Origin: Vermamoeba vermiformis
Taxonomy: Eukaryota
Reading direction: 5' to 3'
Length of the DNA stretch: 64,000 nucleotides
Assembly: GCA_045837725.1 (NCBI GenBank)
Contig: JBEWZL010000089.1
Coordinates: 62,001 to 126,000, forward strand
Both the position numbers and the translations under genes were made by a program. The stretch's first letter is position 1; each line of letters opens with the position of its first letter. The notes under the pieces are model-generated. The model was not told where the DNA came from and ran no database searches. It saw only the letters and a program-made list of their open reading frames with translations. Of the stretch, positions 44,923 to 57,478 are shown piece after piece.

Positions 44923-47897
44923 ATGGATGGCGAGGAATTTTTAAAACATAGCACGGTAAGCCTAATTACTCAGGTCCCTTTTTATAAGATCGAGCGATAT
45001 TGTTACAAATTCAATTCACGGCCATAATTATTTAATTTTTTATAGACACACCCGAAATATTTGGAAAGTAATAGGTAAGATTCGCTTACAAACGCAGATT
45101 CAATTTTTAATCAATTAATACTTAATTTTATTTAGCACGTCGCATTCGTGGGCCTTTGGCGCTTTGGCAGAGTTATTTGGTATGAATACTAATATTTTAC
45201 TCGTAACGCACGGCTGACAGTCACTATTTGGTAGACAACGCGCAAGATGCGGACGCGACCCTAGTGACTATCGATGTACTTACCAACTTGGAGCACGGAA
45301 AGATACTAGTGGTGCAGGATAATGGTACGCACGATTTAATCTTACATTAGATCCGCAAGTTTAAAATCGTTAATAATTTCCAGGCACTGGCATGGACTAC
45401 AAAACTCTTCACAAAATGTTGTCATTCGGTCATTGTATAAAACAAGATGGAGATATTGGAAGATACGGCAACGGTTTCAAGAGTGGTAAGTGAACCTTCA
45501 TTATTTAGACTTGTTTCTGATGAGGATTCAAAGGCTCAATGCGAATGGGCAGCGATGCGATTGTGTTCACCAAAGACGGCACAACAAAGAGTGTCGGCAT
45601 GTTGTCACGAACATTTCTTGAAAAGACAAATGCGACAGAAGTGCTCGTGCCAATGGTGTCGTGGTCTGAACACACGGGCGACATGATCTTCAGAGGCACG
45701 TCTAAAGAGTCCAAGTTCATGCAAAACAGCTTGAGAGTCATTCACGGTGAGTAATACCTCCCTGTGGGCATTAAATCTGATGCACTGTTACATTAGAGCA
45801 CTCTCCATTTCACGGCATGAACGATATCGAAACCCAATTCGATTTTATTGAAGAAAAAGGCACGCGTATAGTGATCTGGAATTTACGAATTGTCGAAAAC
45901 ACGCACAAATATGAGCTAGACTTTGATTATGACAGCCACGACATCTATTTGAATGCTGATGTAAGTCTTCGTTAGTACTCGTCAAGTTTTAACCATTTCA
46001 TCAGCTCCTTCCGGACAAAAATCCCCGAGAAACACTTGACTCGCAAAAGAACGATCATCTAGCCTCGTTGCGCAAATATCTGACAATCTTGTATATGGTA
46101 CCCAAAATGAAAATAGTGCTGCGAGGAGTTCCTGTCAAGTACGTCGAGCTGTTAATTCTGTATCGTATCTAACATGGTCTTAGAACTGTAATATATTCGA
46201 AGACTCTTCACATGGCAAAAACAACGCTCTACAGACCAAAAGGGCACGAAGAAATTAAAATCACTTTTGGTTTCAATCCTGATAGACGCGTGTACGGCCT
46301 AATGTTGTACAACAAAAACAGGTATGTTCAATAGAATGTCGCTATTGGATTACTAGCATTATTTATTGTAGACTGATCGAATCATTTTTGCCTGTGGGAA
46401 TTCACAACGACCACAGCAGTCGTGCAAAAGGTGTGCTCGGCATTTGCGAAGCGAATTACTTACAGCCAACGCACAACAAACAGGTATGATTTGCTCGCCC
46501 TTAAGACACGGCTTATAACAAATGAACAGAAATTCGTCGCCACGGCGGACTACAACAAACTAAAGGCCGAACTCGCTAAGCGGCTGCGAATTTATTGGAA
46601 CGCGTTGGATCTGCTCGGAAGAATTGGTGAATTTTGGCAGACCGAGAAAAACCCAGATGAAGAGTGGGTCCAGTGCGATCGATGCTTGAAAGTACGAGCA
46701 ATCTTTTTGCTGTGAAACTCTAGCTCTAACTCTGCATTCCATAGTGGCGATTTTTAGAAAAACGAAAGCACTACCTCAAGAACGTGACATTCACTTGCCC
46801 GCTGCTGTACAAAGACAAAACGGAGGTTAAAAATGGCATTCCAGAGGCCTGTCAAGTACCACAGGACCCAGATTGCATACACTCGCACGTGATGTTTCAA
46901 TCTACCGAAAAAGACGATAGAGCTCCAGTACGTCCTTTCCGTTATGTTAACAACCATGTGCTGATCGTATCACTAGGCGGGACGTGAAAAGTGGGTTGGC
47001 GCGCGTGTCTCTTTGTATTGGGATTCGTATGACAAGTGGTACGAAGGCGTTATTCTCGATTACGATGAAAAGAAGAACAAGTACAAAGTGCAGTACGATG
47101 ACGGAGATTTGATGTGGGAATCGTACGATGATGGATTTAAAATATTGAAATTAGCCTCGAATAAGAAAGAAACAAGCAACAAAGAAAGCAAAGTTGAGAA
47201 GAGGAGTCAGGCGAAGAAAGAAGAGGCGCCAACACCTGTCCCTGTTCCTAAAAAACTTCAAAAGGTTCGTTGCTTCTGCTCCATTTCACTGTGTTAACGA
47301 TGATAATAGAGGAGAATATCACAAGTCTCTAGCCCTCAAGAAAATGACCGACCAGCCAAGCGACTTCGATGGACGCGAAGTTTGATGAACGCCCACAAAA
47401 CCAAGTATGCCACGACAATTAGCGAGAAACAAGACGACAGCGAGGTTGTACAAGTGCTGAAGAAGAAGCTGTCGTTCATTGTGAACTCGCTGGCCAAACG
47501 AGGACTGATCACGACAGACTTCATCGATCTTGTTGAAGAAGATAATGTGATTGAGCTCGATGAGGTCAAGCTGTGCGAATCACTCACCATTGGTAGCAAC
47601 AGCAATAATAATAGCAACACTAACGGCCACACAAACAACAATACAAATTCAAACCGTGCCTACTCCGAAGAAGAGTACGATGTACATAATAGCAGTCGCA
47701 GTGAAATGTTTGATGCCAATGGCAATGCTTTGGTTGACCGACGCGACGAAGAAGAGGAAGAGTTCATTGAGTACGATGGGGAGGAAGACAATGACGAGGA
47801 ATTAGCTAGTGAGGAGCACGACGAAGATAATACCACCAACAATACTAATAATACCTCTAGTGTCGCACGACCTGTGCCCTTCATTCAATTCTTGTAA
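44923..47897 (+). CDS. MORC-family GHKL ATPase with CW zinc finger and Tudor-like domain, copy 1 (spliced)
   Basis: HPKYLESNSTSHSWAFGALAELFDNAQDA, DNGTGMD, IGRYGNGFKSGSMRMG, GTRIVIWNL, LQPTHNKQ. CW finger WVQCDRCLKWR..C..C. Tudor-like VGARVSLYWDSYDKWYEGVILDYD..YKVQYDDGD. Confidence 0.93.
47455..47581 (+). repeat. 127-bp segment nearly identical to 50410-50536, shared between the MORC paralogs
   Basis: By-eye comparison shows 3 synonymous mismatches; the flanks do not align. Confidence 0.9.
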
Positions 47898-48025
47898 TAT
47901 AATTTTATTAAATTTAGTTTGGCGCGCAATTTTAGTTTTGTTTCCGAAAGTTACCGAAATAGTTTCTTGCGAACATCACGATGTACAACAACACAGTATT
48001 AGCTCGTTTGTTAATATAATAACCC

Positions 48026-50753
48026 ATGGAAGACGAGGAATTTTTAAAACACAGTACAGTAAGCACAGATCAGCCACAGATGATCTGATCAGATCTGGTG
48101 TTGTTGTCATTAGTTAATTTTATAATATTTTTGTAGACACATCCCAAGTACCTAGAAAGCAACAGGTGAGTTTTCACCTACTGTGCTAGATGTGGACTAA
48201 ATATTATTTACTTATTTTTATTGACAGCACGTCGCATTCTTGGGTCTTCGGCGCAATGGCAGAATTATTTGGTAAGCACTTGTGAATTATTCAAATTATT
48301 TCCGCTTCTGATCTGTTTTGTAGACAACGCTCAAGATGCGAAAGCTACTCTAGTCACTATTGATGTCATTGATGATGCCGAATACGTAAAGATGATGTCT
48401 GTGCAAGATAATGGTGAGTTCGAGTAAAAGTCTCCTTTCAGTTTCGAACATCAATTCTGACAAGATCTGCTGACAACCCAGGTGTGGGCATGGACTACAA
48501 AACTCTGCACAAAATGTTGTCATTCGGTCATTGCACGAAACAAGAAGGAGATATTGGAAGATACGGCAACGGTTTCAAGAGTGGTAAGTGAACATTCATT
48601 TTATTTAGAGCGGTGTTCTGATGAGGATTCAAAGGCTCAATGCGAATGGGCAGCGATGCAATTGTGTTCACCAAAGACGGCACAACAAAGAGTGTTGGCA
48701 TGCTGTCACGAACATTTCTTGAAAAGACAAATGCGACAGAAGTGCTCGTGCCAATGGTGTCGTGGTCTGAACGCACGGGCGAGCAGTTGTTCACTGGTGA
48801 CACGAAAGAGTCCAAGTTCATGCAAAACAGCTTGAAAGTCATTCACGGTAAGGCCTCAAGTCACATTTGAACGTAATCTAATTGCCGTGCAGAGCACTCT
48901 CCATTTCACGGCATGAAAGACCTTGAAGCCCAATTCGATTTTATTGACGAAAGGGGCACGCGCATAGTGATTTGGAACTTGCGCAAGATTGAAAATTCTC
49001 ACGACTTTGAGTTAGATTTTGATCATGATGAAACTGACATTCTTCTCAGAGACGCTGTAAGTACTCGGGTATCTCTTATGAACCGATTATTAACAGTTCA
49101 AAAGACGTTTGAAAACAATAGAAACATGGACTCAGAAACCAATGAGTACCTTATTTCGCTGAAGATGTACTTGAAGATTCTCTATATGGTCCCGAAAATG
49201 AAGTTCATCTTGCGTGGTGAACGCGTCAGAACCGTGATCTACCCAAAGACATTGCACCTCGCCAAGACAACCGTGTACCGCCCCAAGGCCCATGGTGATG
49301 TGAAGATCACGTATGGATTCAATCATAATCGCCGTATATTCGGCATGATGCTGTACAATAAGAACAGGTATGATGTGATATAATGCACAATAATAGTACT
49401 CGAGCTAATGACGTGTTGCAGATTGATCGAGTCGTTCTTACCGCTGGGCATTCACACCGAGCACAGCAGTCGAGGCAAAGGTGTGATGGGCGTGTGCGAC
49501 GCTGACTTCTTGCAGCCCACGCACAACAAACAAGTACGGAACGACCACATGAACAACTATCCGATCTAACGTCTCATGTAGAAATTCGTCGCAACTGCTG
49601 ACTATCACAAGCTCAAGCTAGAGCTAGCACGACGACTGCGTGTTTATTGGGACAGCTGCAACATGAACGGCAGAATTGGTAACTTTTGGGAACTGCCAAA
49701 GAACCCCGACGAAGATTGGATTCAATGCGATACTTGTCTCAAATGGCGCCATCTCACAAAGACAAATAGCTCGCTGAAAGAGGCAGATAAGTTCACGTGC
49801 TCCATGCTTGAATTGCACCCAACTGAAAGACAAAAAGAAAAGGCAGACCAGACCGATTTACCTGACGCGTGCAAGGTGCCTCAAGTGGCTAACTGCATGT
49901 ATTCGAAAATCGTGTTTTTAGCAACTGAAGGAAAGAAGCGCAAGATACCTGTAAGCCTAGAGCCTTCTATGATGGTGCTAAACTGACCATCCACTCAGCC
50001 TGGCCGAGAACATTGGATCGGTGCACGCGTGTCGTTGTATTGGAGCTCTTACGACAAATGGTTCGAAGGCGAGGTCGTAGACTATGACAACGCGAAGAAC
50101 AAGTACAAAGTGAGGTACGACGACGGAGATCTGTTGTGGGAGACGTACGATGACGGATTCAACATTTTGACATTGCCTGGAGGAAAGAAGAACGTCAATA
50201 CAAGAAAGGTAAGCAACTTATCAACAAATGGAATAACAGTTCTGACTCTGAGTAGCGGAAGAAGCCATTGAATTCTGATGACGAGTCTGAAGATGACGAA
50301 GAGAGCAGCGAAAGACCGAAAAAGAAGCAAAAGAAGAACAAATCCGAGGCTAGTGACGAGGAGAACAACGGTGAATTTGAAAGTCAGAACACAATACGAG
50401 AGAACAGAATGCTGAAGAAGAAGCTGTCGTTCATTGTGAACTCGCTGGCCAAACGAGGACTGATCACGACAGACTTCATCGACCTTGTCGAAGAAGACAA
50501 TGTGATTGAGCTCGATGAGGTCAAGCTGTGCGAATCTTTGACAGTCAACAACACTACCGACAATAATAACAACACGAATAGCCGCACCAAGGCACGCAAC
50601 AGCATATATGTAAATAACAATAACAACGAGAACTCGAGGTCGCCTTCCCCGATGGACCACGCAGGCTCGTACGATGATTACTCGGGCAATGGAATAGAGC
50701 CTGACAACAACGCCAGTGGAACCACAGAAGTGCCATTTATACAGTTCTTGTGA
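48026..50753 (+). CDS. MORC-family GHKL ATPase with CW zinc finger and Tudor-like domain, copy 2, a tandem paralog (spliced)
   Basis: Same motifs and mostly the same intron positions as copy 1: MEDEEFLKHST, AELFDNAQDA, WIQCDTCLKWR, YWSSYDKWFEGEVVDYD, and C-terminal VPFIQFL. Confidence 0.93.
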
Positions 50754-50905
50754 ACATAATGTAAATAGGTCCTGTAAATATCGGATCTCATGCTTGCGCA
50801 CAAAAAACTACTATTACGCTAGCGTTCGGTACGATTTTTCTTACGCGAACTCAGAGTCCAAAAAGAAAATCTTTTGCATGGCCTTAAAGATAAATAACAA
50901 TACTA

Positions 50906-52984
50906 ATGGCTAAGAAATTATTGATTTCTATTGCCGTTGTCTTGGCCTTCGTTGCCCTTATTTCAGCGCAATCCATCCCAGATCAAGATTGGGGCTATAT
51001 TACCGTCAGACCAAAAGCCCATATGTTTTGGTGCGCACTTATATTAATTACCTAACACATGCACGAGCTAAGAATATTAATTAGGTGGTTGTATGGTACT
51101 TCTAACAAGGCACAACGTCCTCAAACTCCTCTTGTAATGTGGTAAGATTTTAATTTAAACTTGCATGAATTATAATACTACTAGTAAAATCTTGATGAAT
51201 GACGACAGATTTAAAGTTAAAAATCGATATTATTTCAATAATCCGAAAATAAAATTATTTGGTAGGTTGCAAGGCGGCCCTGGAGCTAGCGGCACTGGTA
51301 CGATCTTTAATTGTTTAAATATATTGCTATACGAGATTTGAATACCGTTAAAGGATTTGGATAGACTTAGACTATTCCAACCAGATTTCCAAATCTGACT
51401 ATTTTCTCTCAACCCTCACATTTTCAACGGTAGGCTTCGGTAATTTCGAGGAGATCGGTCCTCTTGATGTTAATCAGAACCCTCGTCCCTATTCGTGGGT
51501 CAAAGCGTACGTATCGTCGATCTGGTTTACTTCCATACTGATCAACGTTATTTTCTTCACTAGTGCCAACTTGCTCTTTGTTGATAATCCTGTCGGTAAG
51601 CCGACATCAGTTACATCAAAGTATAGCGGTTCTGACTTACAATAGGCACTGGCTACTCGTACGTCGAGGATGACAGCGCGTACACGACCAACGAGAAGCA
51701 GATCGCTTCAGACTTGCTCGCATTGCTCTCTGGCTTTTTGAAGAAGTACCCCGTGTTCCAACGCACCCCCTTCTACATCTTCTCGGAGTCGTACGGTAAG
51801 CAGAATTTCAAATTTACCTGGTTTGGGATTCGATTTAATTTATGGCTTTGATTGACTAGGTGGTAAAATGGCTGCGTCATTCGCAAAAGCTTTGTATGAC
51901 GCTATTCAGGCTGGCAAAATCCAATGTACGTTCGGCGGTGTTGCGATGGGTGACTCGTGGATCGATCCAATGTCATTTGTCAATGCATGGGGTCCTTATC
52001 TGTACACGATGGGTGAAATCGATGGCAATGGCTTGGCTCAGATTAATGCTGCTGCTGCTGCCACTCAACAGTTGGTGAATCAACAGCAATGGGCTGCCGC
52101 TACCAATCAGTGGGGCAACACCGAACAAATTCTCGAAGACGTACGTACTCGCATAGAACAAAAGGATATTCGGCGAATTAAACGTGCTCGTGTAGGTCTC
52201 TATGAACGTCAACTTCTACAATATCCTTGACCGCACTGGTGATAACATGAGTACGTTCGAGCGTGTCGAGCCAAGCGCTTTTGGAAATGTTAATGTTAGT
52301 TTTGAACAGAGAAGCGCGGCTTGAGACCGTTCTCGGAAATCTTCTTGTCTCGATTCCAAGAGGATCCTTTGACTCAGCTCATGAACGGTCCTTTGAAAAC
52401 GAAACTTGGCATTCCTGACAACGTCACTTGGTAAGTGTCAATGTTGTTGCACTAGTTGTATGTCATACGACTAAAGATTTCGTTCGTGTGTACTAGGGCC
52501 ATGGAATCAGGCACTGTATTCAATTACTTGAGCGTGGACTTCATGCAAAGCGTCATTCCCACCGTGGACTACCTCCTGAAGAACAACGTCAATGTCATCG
52601 TAATCTCAGGCAACTTGGACTTGATTTGGTATTATTCTGTTATGCCATTAAATTTTGTGCGCTCGAAGCCAATTTTACTAACGTGGGAATCAGCTGCACC
52701 ATCGGCACTCTGAACTGGATGTCCAAACTGACCTGGCCAGGCTATCAAGGCTGGTATAACACTGACAATCAGCCCATCACTGTCAACAACTTGGTGGCTG
52801 GCTACATCAAGTCGTACCAGAACTTGTCGTTCTACACTATCTTCGGTGCTGGTCACATGGTACGCGCATACGAACACTGCAACAAAGTTGATTATGTTAT
52901 CGCTAATCATCACTACAGGTGCCTTATGATCAGCCGCAGACTGCTTTGACAATGTTGCAAACTGTTATCAACAACAACAAATAG
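50906..52984 (+). CDS. Serine carboxypeptidase, S10 family, SCPEP1-like, with signal peptide (spliced)
   Basis: Signal peptide MAKKLLISIAVVLAFVALISA. WGYITVRPKAHMFWWLY, WLQGGPGAS, FVDNPVGTGYSY, FSESYGGK (catalytic Ser), GNLDLIC (Asp), AGHMVP (His). Confidence 0.95.
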
Positions 52985-53682
52985 GCCGGGAATAAATTGC
53001 GCCTCCTGCGAGGTATTGCAATATTTCAAATACCGTAAATCGGACAAAACCTCGTAATCTCGGTAAAAATAAGATTTAAATTATTATAATCTTTGACATT
53101 GATCCGGATTCGTCGGGTAAAAAATTTGATGATATTAGTCATTGCAATTCTAAACTTTGATTACTTCCTTGGGTTTAGTGTAGTTTGTCGAATTCGCCCT
53201 TTCCTAAAGATCACAACCAGAAATGCCAGATAAAAGTTAGAAAGTGCGGTGACGGTTTCGGAATGTTCGTGGGTTCTTCCGTGACCTAACCCGAAACTTG
53301 ACACTAGTGCCTCATCGGCTGATGTTCGTAATGGTAATTCCGATTCATGAAATTGGCGCTAATGAAGCTAGTTACGCAAATAATAGCAATAGTATAAAGT
53401 TTATGCTTTTTTAGGAAACGAAACTTCACCACATTTCAAAGGACGGCAAAGAGTATCTTCAGTGCATAATCACTTCTGGCGCGTGCGCGTGCCGTAATCA
53501 AGGTAATCTCCGTGTGCACAGTGATTACAATAATTAATTTAATAAGAGTTATTCCGATTTGCGATTCACATAATAAAAACTTATTGTGCATCTGCCAGGG
53601 CGTTGCAACAACGATAAAAAGGCATCGCGTCCGTTCCATTCTTTTCAAGTCCCCTCTTTCAGCTCTCAAACACAACTCAACC

Positions 53683-54612
53683 ATGAACAAAATCGTCCTT
53701 ATTGCTCTCTTCGGTCTCATCGCTGTTGCTTTGGCCCACGGCGGTCACCATGGTCATGGTGGTCACCACGGTCACGGTGGTCATAATCCCGATTACTTCT
53801 ACCGCTTCACTGGTTCTGAAGTCATCAACGGTGTTCCCGCCGAAACCAGAATCAAGTGGATGCGCTTTGCTATGGAGACCAGATTGACCAAGTCTCCTTG
53901 CCCCTTCGACACTTTTGGTGCCGTCATTGTTAACCGCACTGATGACACTCTTGTTTGCGCTACCTTTGGCTCTCGTAGCAACACTGATCCTACCGGTCAC
54001 GCTGAGATCTCAGTCATTCGCAAGTAAGTTAAACATTTTATTTGGATCGCGAAACAAGAAAAACTGAGATTTTCTGATTTAATGGCAAAGTCTTTTTTTT
54101 TTTATGACGCACAAGTTAAAAATGGATCACGTGCTCTGTAAATTCTGTGTACTTTCGGAAACACTCTCCGTTTAAATAACTTTTATTCACTCGAATTGCA
54201 CGTTACTAACGATTTCTTGCTTAGCTGCTCTCAATTCTACCCCGGCAAGGCTTTCGACAAGACTGTTTGGCAACAACTTTCTTTGTACACCACCGGTGAA
54301 AGCTGCCCTATGTGCATGGCCGCTACTCGCTGGGCTGGTATTGGCGAGAACATTTACGCCACTAGCATTGACACACTTTACGAATTGGGCTGGACTCAAA
54401 TCATGATCAGCTCTTTGCAAGTTGATATCAAGTCTGTTGATGGCAACATCACTCCTCCCACCACTTTGATCAGCTTTGCCGATACTGCTTACTACGACGC
54501 TTACTTCGGCTACCAATTTAACTCAACCAACCCTTGCCCTGATGGTTGCGCTCGTAACGCCGCTGGTTCTTGTGCCAAGATCGTCGTCCCCGTTGCCGCT
54601 CCTGTTGCTTAA
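53683..54612 (+). CDS. Secreted zinc-dependent nucleobase/nucleoside deaminase of the CDA fold (guanine deaminase-like); two exons
   Basis: Signal peptide MNKIVLIALFGLIAVALA, then (HGGHHG)n, FGAVIV, DPTGHAE and LYTTGESCPMC. The intron lies at about 54024-54224. Confidence 0.9.
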
Positions 54613-55294
54613 AAAAATAGGAAATGTACGAACTTTCTGTATCATTAAAAATTATTTAATTGCAACTTGTCGTAGAGTTCTGATTGATTTAATTTGCCGA
54701 AGACAAGTTTGACGTTATCCAAAAATCTTTCGTTTTTCTTCATTTAAATTCTCGCTGCCAAGCTCAAACACAAACACAAGCCGTTTCCAAGCTGTAACGT
54801 TCGGAAACCTGATCGACGGATTGCCATCCACCCCCTCTCAAAGTATTTTGTGGTAAGAAATACATACCTTCTACGATGTTCCCCGGCTTTGTATAGCACT
54901 ATCTGACCAACTTTTTGGTCGTCCTGTAGGTGCATGCGCATAATTATTTTTTCGTTGGAATTGATCAAATCCTTCGGAACAGATGAGAAAAATCAAAATT
55001 TGGCCTGCTCAAAAATCTAATGATGTCTAATTCAACGTGTTCGGTCTATCCAACCGGATGATGTCCCTAAAAGTTCTCCATTTTGAGCATTAGATCGGGA
55101 GCTTCGCCGCTACCTCCGAAAAATTGCAGCAAGAGTACCTGTATTGCCATTTTTCGTGACAAAGCCCAGTTCACTGGTGTAACCTTTCCAACGAACTTTA
55201 AATTTCTGTTGAATCACAAAGCTTTTATTTGTTTATTCGCTCTTTAACTGTAAACTATAAGTCGTTAGGTGACAACTTAAATTCAGAATGCCAA

Positions 55295-57181
55295 ATGGCG
55301 AGGTAAGTTCTAACAAGCGAAATAACGCTTAGTAAATCAGCTGGTAGTGCAAGCTTACATTTCAACCAACGACTATACTAATTTTAATTTTGTTAGTGAA
55401 GTAACTCCTAGTCTTGCCACCCTTGAAGAAGGCAGGCCCAATGACGCGCTTGATTACACGGACGGCGGTATTAATTTATTCTTTGATAATCCTGCACCTC
55501 GCGTCGAGCTCAAAAATACAAGCCCAACAGAATCTGACGGTCTGGACGGTCCACGGACTATGCTGAAGCGAGTTAGCTCTCGAATTATTAATTCGCAAGC
55601 TCCTGCATTGCAGAGGCAGCCTTCGTTGCTCCGCACGAAGAGCGATTCTGATTCAACGACAACGACCTCATCCGATCAGCACGTGCGCTTTTCTCCTAGC
55701 GCCCGCGCGACATTACAAATAGAAGAAAGCTCAATAAGAAAATCACAAGGGTGGTTAAAATTCGGCAAATATATTATTGGAACAATGCCTGCTTGGGAGC
55801 GACAGTTGAACGAGATGGAGAGTTTTTGGGGAGCAGTGCTGCGGTTTTGGGACTCGTTCTTTCGAGGAGTCGGCCAGGTACTCATTTAAAGTAATGCATA
55901 TTAGCACGGCAGGTGACTTACTGAACTTGAAGGTTGGTTACATCAATAATTCCCTCGCCGGAGTTTGCGTGCTCGTTATTGCCTTGATCACTGAGTAAGT
56001 CAAGAACAAAGTCTTACTCATAGACGGCAATGAGCTAATTCTAACGTAAATGTAATGATTTCAAAGTACTTGGGTTGGAATTCTGGGACTGATCGGGTGC
56101 TTTTGTTCTACGCTGTTTGCTAGCTTTGCTAAGTTAAATGCCGAGCGATTTAGGTAAGATTTGGACATTCATTGTCAAGTCTAATTAATGACATGTCTCT
56201 TAGGTCGGGTCTCTTTGGTTACAACGGTTATTTACTCGGTGCAAACATGGCTGTCACGATTCTTGCAGCGTGGGACTGGAAGTCAATTCTCGTCACGGTA
56301 GTCTTGTCCCCGTTAGTTATTGTAAGAATTGGTCGCTATTTTCGCACGCAATCTCACCTTAATCTCGCCAGATATTCCAAGTTGGTTGCAGTAATATCTT
56401 CGTCAATTTTGACTCACCACCATTCGGCATTCCGTTATTGACGGTAATCTACATGATGTACCTGTGCATGTATCCGTCGAGCTTTCTTCGACCGTGGCAG
56501 AGGAGTCCTTCGCTGCCGGACTCGCGAATCGTGGATTACCAAGTCACAGCTGACCTAGTGTTTGAAGGCATGGGTGCTAGCATTGCCGAGACTTTTTTCA
56601 CATCAAACACTTGGTCGTAAGTAGTCGAGATTCTGACTGAATATGTTCCAACTGTAACGCGTGTACTAGTGCCATTGCGTTTCTTGCATTGCTCCTGCTT
56701 CGGTCCCCTCAGTACTTGATAGCTGCAGTTACTGGTGCTGTGTTCGGCAATCTCACATTGTTCTTGCTTGGAGTCAACGCGGTCAACATACGGAATGGAC
56801 TATGGGGCTGGAATGCAGTACTGACAGGTGATTCATTTTCAAACCTCCGTCAGTTATTACATTTCTTATCGAATCTTTTTCTTAGGACTCGCGCTCTACG
56901 GTGAGTTTTTAGAGCACAATTGGCGTTCGTGGCTTTACACGGCGTACGCGGTCATTGGTACGACGGTCATTCAAGTTGGCATGATCGCACTGTTTCAAGT
57001 GTGGGGCATTCCGATGTCTAATATATCGTACACCATCGTGTGCATTATGTTCATGACCGCTAGGAAGAGCATACCAGGCTTGCAAGAGAAGACTGGTGAG
57101 CAAGTGCCAGCAGATCCCGCGCAACTGAGAAAAGAGGAATTTGCGAAGAGGCGAGCGGTGTCAAGATTTATGAAAGTGTAA
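55295..57181 (+). CDS. Urea transporter (UT/SLC14 family); spliced
   Basis: DSFFRGVGQV..NNSLAG, GLFGYNGYLLG, and the duplicated half with GLWGWNAVL. About 10 hydrophobic helices follow a long cytoplasmic N-terminus. Confidence 0.9.
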
Positions 57182-57478
57182 ATATATTTATTTAATTCGA
57201 TGTAAAGGTGAAAAGGAATATTCCTGAAGATTGCAAGCCCGCTTAAAATAGTTACAGGCGTTCGCCGGCGAAGGTAAGGTAGCCAGCTTTAACCTGAAGT
57301 ACGATGTCATTCATTTGCTTACCGGTTAACTGTTTCGAGCCTTCCGTCCGTTCGCAGAGACCAGACAAAAAAGGAGCAAAATCGCCGTTTTTTTTTGAAT
57401 CACGTTGCGAAATCAAAATCTATTTTATCGTTAGTCCCTACACCATCAAACTCAAGAGTACGAAGTTATTGGGTTAAG

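Noticed and set aside
47580-47860. AAC/AAT and GAA-rich simple repeats
   Set aside because: They encode ordinary Asn/Glu low-complexity tails of MORC, which are common in protists.
53250-53300. Possible RNA hairpin upstream of the deaminase, and GC-rich patches at about 37900-37990 and 57230-57360
   Set aside because: The stems are short and imperfect, with no tRNA, snoRNA or SECIS consensus that I can support.
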